DNA of 63,857 nt, the filler included, from Kipferlia bialata (Eukaryota), in the NCBI GenBank assembly GCA_003568945.1. It is 6 parts of 6 records of this genome, joined end to end, with 100 filler letters (N's around TTAATTAATTAA, not from the genome) between each part and the next. Parts side by side here need not be neighbours in the genome. Positions count along the whole stretch, not along the records: positions 52,469 to 63,857 come from BDIP01001246.1; 5 more parts are not named here. One strand, written 5' to 3'. The translations under genes were made by a program, and so were the position numbers. Under the pieces are notes generated by a model, which saw only the letters and a list, made by a program, of their open reading frames with translations, was not told where the DNA came from and did no database searches. Below are positions 61,501 to 63,857 of the stretch, in pieces; the stretch's first letter is position 1; every line of letters starts with the position of its first letter.

Positions 61501-63632
61501 GAGAGAGAGGAGAACAGAATATGAATGGGTCTATACATATATGAAGCCATATATGATAACCAATACATATGTACAAATACTATATATATAACCCCATACC
61601 TCATCATCTGCATGAGCATGTCTCTCCTGGACCCGGCAGGGTGGGGGGACAGCATGATCAGGCTCTCTCTCTTCTTTGGCTCGGGCACAGGCTCAGGGGT
61701 GGAGGGACGGACAAAGGCAACGTCGTGCTCGGTCTCTTCCTGGGACTCCTCCTCTCCCTCTCCCTCTCCCTCCTCTGCCTCGACGTCACTGGGGGTCATG
61801 GCCATCTCAACGTCAATGGGCTCACGGGCCTCAGACTCCTCGTGCTCAGCCTCAGCCTCCTCCTCTGCCTCTGCCTCTACCTCCTCAGGGGTAGACTCAG
61901 CAGCCTCAGCCTCAGCCTCTGCCTCAGAGGGGACCTCGGAAACCTCAGCCTCCTCAGACTCAGCTACAGTCTCCGGCTCAGCCTCGGGCTCTGCGTGTGT
62001 CTCTGTCTCCACCTCCATGCCCTTGTCCTCAGCCTCAACCTCAGCATCCTCCTCCTCCTCAGACTCCTCCTCGGACTCCTCTCCGCCACTGGAGCTGCTC
62101 TCCTCCTCCTCCTCGACAGGGGGCTCAGAGGGGCCGCTGGACTCGTCGTCAGAGACACCAGAGCCAGAGGACTCGTCATCCTCAGAGGACTCCTCCTCCT
62201 CCTCCTCCTCAGACTCTGCCTCAGCCTCAGCCTCCTCAGCCTCGGGGGTCTCCATGGCAACATCAGCCTCCTCCTCAGCAGTCTCAGGCTCAGCAGTCTC
62301 AGGCTCTGCCTCTGCCTCCACTGGGGCCTCGGTCTCTGCCTCTGCCTCAGCCTCAGGGGCAGCAGCAGACTCGGGGACCTCCTCCTCCTCCTCCTCCTCA
62401 GCCTCCATAGACACATCAGCCTCTGCCTCTGCCTCTGGCTCTACCTCAGCAGCTGCCTCTGCCTCTGCCTCTGCCTCCCTGAGAGCTCTGGCCTCTGCCT
62501 CTGCCTTGGCCTCAGCAACACCCTCTGCCTCCTCGGCATCCAGGGCAAACTCCTCCTCCTCCTCCTCGGGGGCAGGCCTCACTGGGATGAGGGCACGGGC
62601 CTTGCGCAGGGACCGGGGGGCAAGGGGGGAGGCGGCGGTCTTCTGCACCATGCTGGCGATGAGGTCTCTGCGCCTGTTCTTGTAGGCACGGACAGGCACC
62701 TGGGCCACCACCTCCTCGGTGGCCTCGGCCTCAGTCTCCTCCACAATCACAGTGCCATCCACCTCGCTGTCACTGACGTCACCGGTCTCTCCCTCCTCGG
62801 CAGCGGCAACAGCCTCAGGCAGCACAAACTCTCCGTCTGCAAAGGTGACCACACCAGAGGGCAGGTTCTCAGCCTCAGACTGGGAGTCACTGAACTCCTC
62901 CTGGGGTGCCTCCTGGGCAGGCTCAGCAAGGTCCATGCCAAACTCCTCCATCTCTCCCTCTCCCTCCACTGGCTCCTCCTGCACTCCGTCCATGTTGCCC
63001 TCCACCACTGGGGACAGGTTCTTGCGGTGCAGGTTGGTGAACATGTCGCTGGTGTTGCTGACAGTCAGGGTGCCGTTGCGGGGGGTGAGGGGGAGGCGCA
63101 GGCTGTCGGGGACCACAAGTGTGTTGTCACCGCCATCTGTGAAGATGGACTGCAGAGTGTAGTTGGACGTGTCAATGTCACGTGGCTCCCATGTCTGGTG
63201 GGTGTCATCGTCAAGGTGGTCCATAGAGCGGGCCTCACTGGGCTCCAGGAAGCAGAACTCGCGGGAACCTACAATGATCATGTCACCATAGGACAGAGGG
63301 TACTGCACGTTGCGCTCAAGAGCAGCACCGTTCAGCTGGGAGGGGAGCTTGCCTGCAAGGTCCTCGAGCACTGGGACGGGGTGATCGGGGTCATACACAA
63401 TGTGACAGTGACGGCGGGAAACACGACTATCCTTCAGGGCAATATCCACCTCAATGCTCTTGGTACGGCGTCCAAAAAGACACTTGCGGTCAAAGATGAC
63501 GCTTGGCTTGAGAATAGCCTCACCAGCAGCGTTCCTAGAGACTCTGGAGATGCCAAACGCATAGCGGGCCTCAGGAATCCTCTCAAACAGGCCGCTATCC
63601 AAAGCCTCCGTGGTGTTCTCAGTGGGATCCAT
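58506..63632 (-). CDS. 1600-aa protein: N-terminal FHA domain, Glu/Ala-rich disordered body with UIM-like motifs, C-terminal AT-hook
   Basis: Exons 63632-61600 and 61275-58506 total 4803 nt in frame; FHA KCLFGRRTKSIEVDIALKDSRVSRRHCHI...LNG...LSYGDMIIVGSREF; UIM-like EEEVKAAIAKSLAE; AT-hook RRPGRPRK. Confidence 0.85.
61276..61286 (-). promoter_or_regulatory. example of the fused branch-point/3' splice site CTCACCCCCAG used by most introns in the window
   Basis: CT(G/C/A)AC followed by 3-5 C and YAG at dozens of acceptors on both strands (e.g. 4590-4600, 21809-21818, 42288-42297). Confidence 0.85.
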
Positions 63633-63807
63633 CTGGGTGTATCTGCGTGGCCTTACCTGAACCACGTGCTTGTGTGGATGCAGATAGAACCCTAGAAACA
63701 GCCCCTGAGGTCGAGTTCTCAAATCGAGCCAATATTCAGCCCAAAATTCTGACTTCAATTTCCGATTATCCGATGTCAGGCTGTTTGCATGTTGTGTAAG
63801 ATCTAGT

Positions 63808-63853
<46 letters not shown>

Positions 63854-63857
63854 GGTG

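Noticed and set aside
58546..63695. Long plus-strand Ser/Ala- or Leu-rich ORFs antisense to the FHA gene
   Set aside because: They are shadow frames of GAG/GCA-rich codons and carry no independent domain signal.

Overview
This is eukaryotic, intron-rich protist DNA. The window is six unrelated contigs joined by artificial N44-TTAATTAATTAA-N44 linkers, so synteny across the linkers is meaningless. Introns are short GT-AG and rich in (TA)n/(GA)n/(CA)n. Most end in a fused branch-point/acceptor CT(G/C/A)AC-CCCC-YAG, a metamonad-like signal; a Kipferlia-like free-living fornicate is my inference. Hand-spliced genes with good support: a DDX19/Dbp5-like helicase 3' end, an RIIa-domain microprotein, an Aa_trans amino-acid transporter, a two-box HMG protein, an MFS transporter, a four-RRM PABP-like protein and SRP receptor alpha. 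Less certain calls: a WRKY/FAR1-like zinc-finger protein, a possible TAF1C/Rrn6 homolog, a probable Spc24 C-terminus, a degenerate DEAD-box protein and a 1600-aa FHA/UIM/AT-hook acidic protein, plus several hypotheticals. The main signal is pervasive 'exon echoes'. Dozens of introns carry truncated copies of the adjacent exon's start (with acceptor) or end (with donor). Some are nested around the intact exon, and they differ from it mainly at synonymous codon positions. All exon structures and family calls are manual and unverified by RNA data or database searches.
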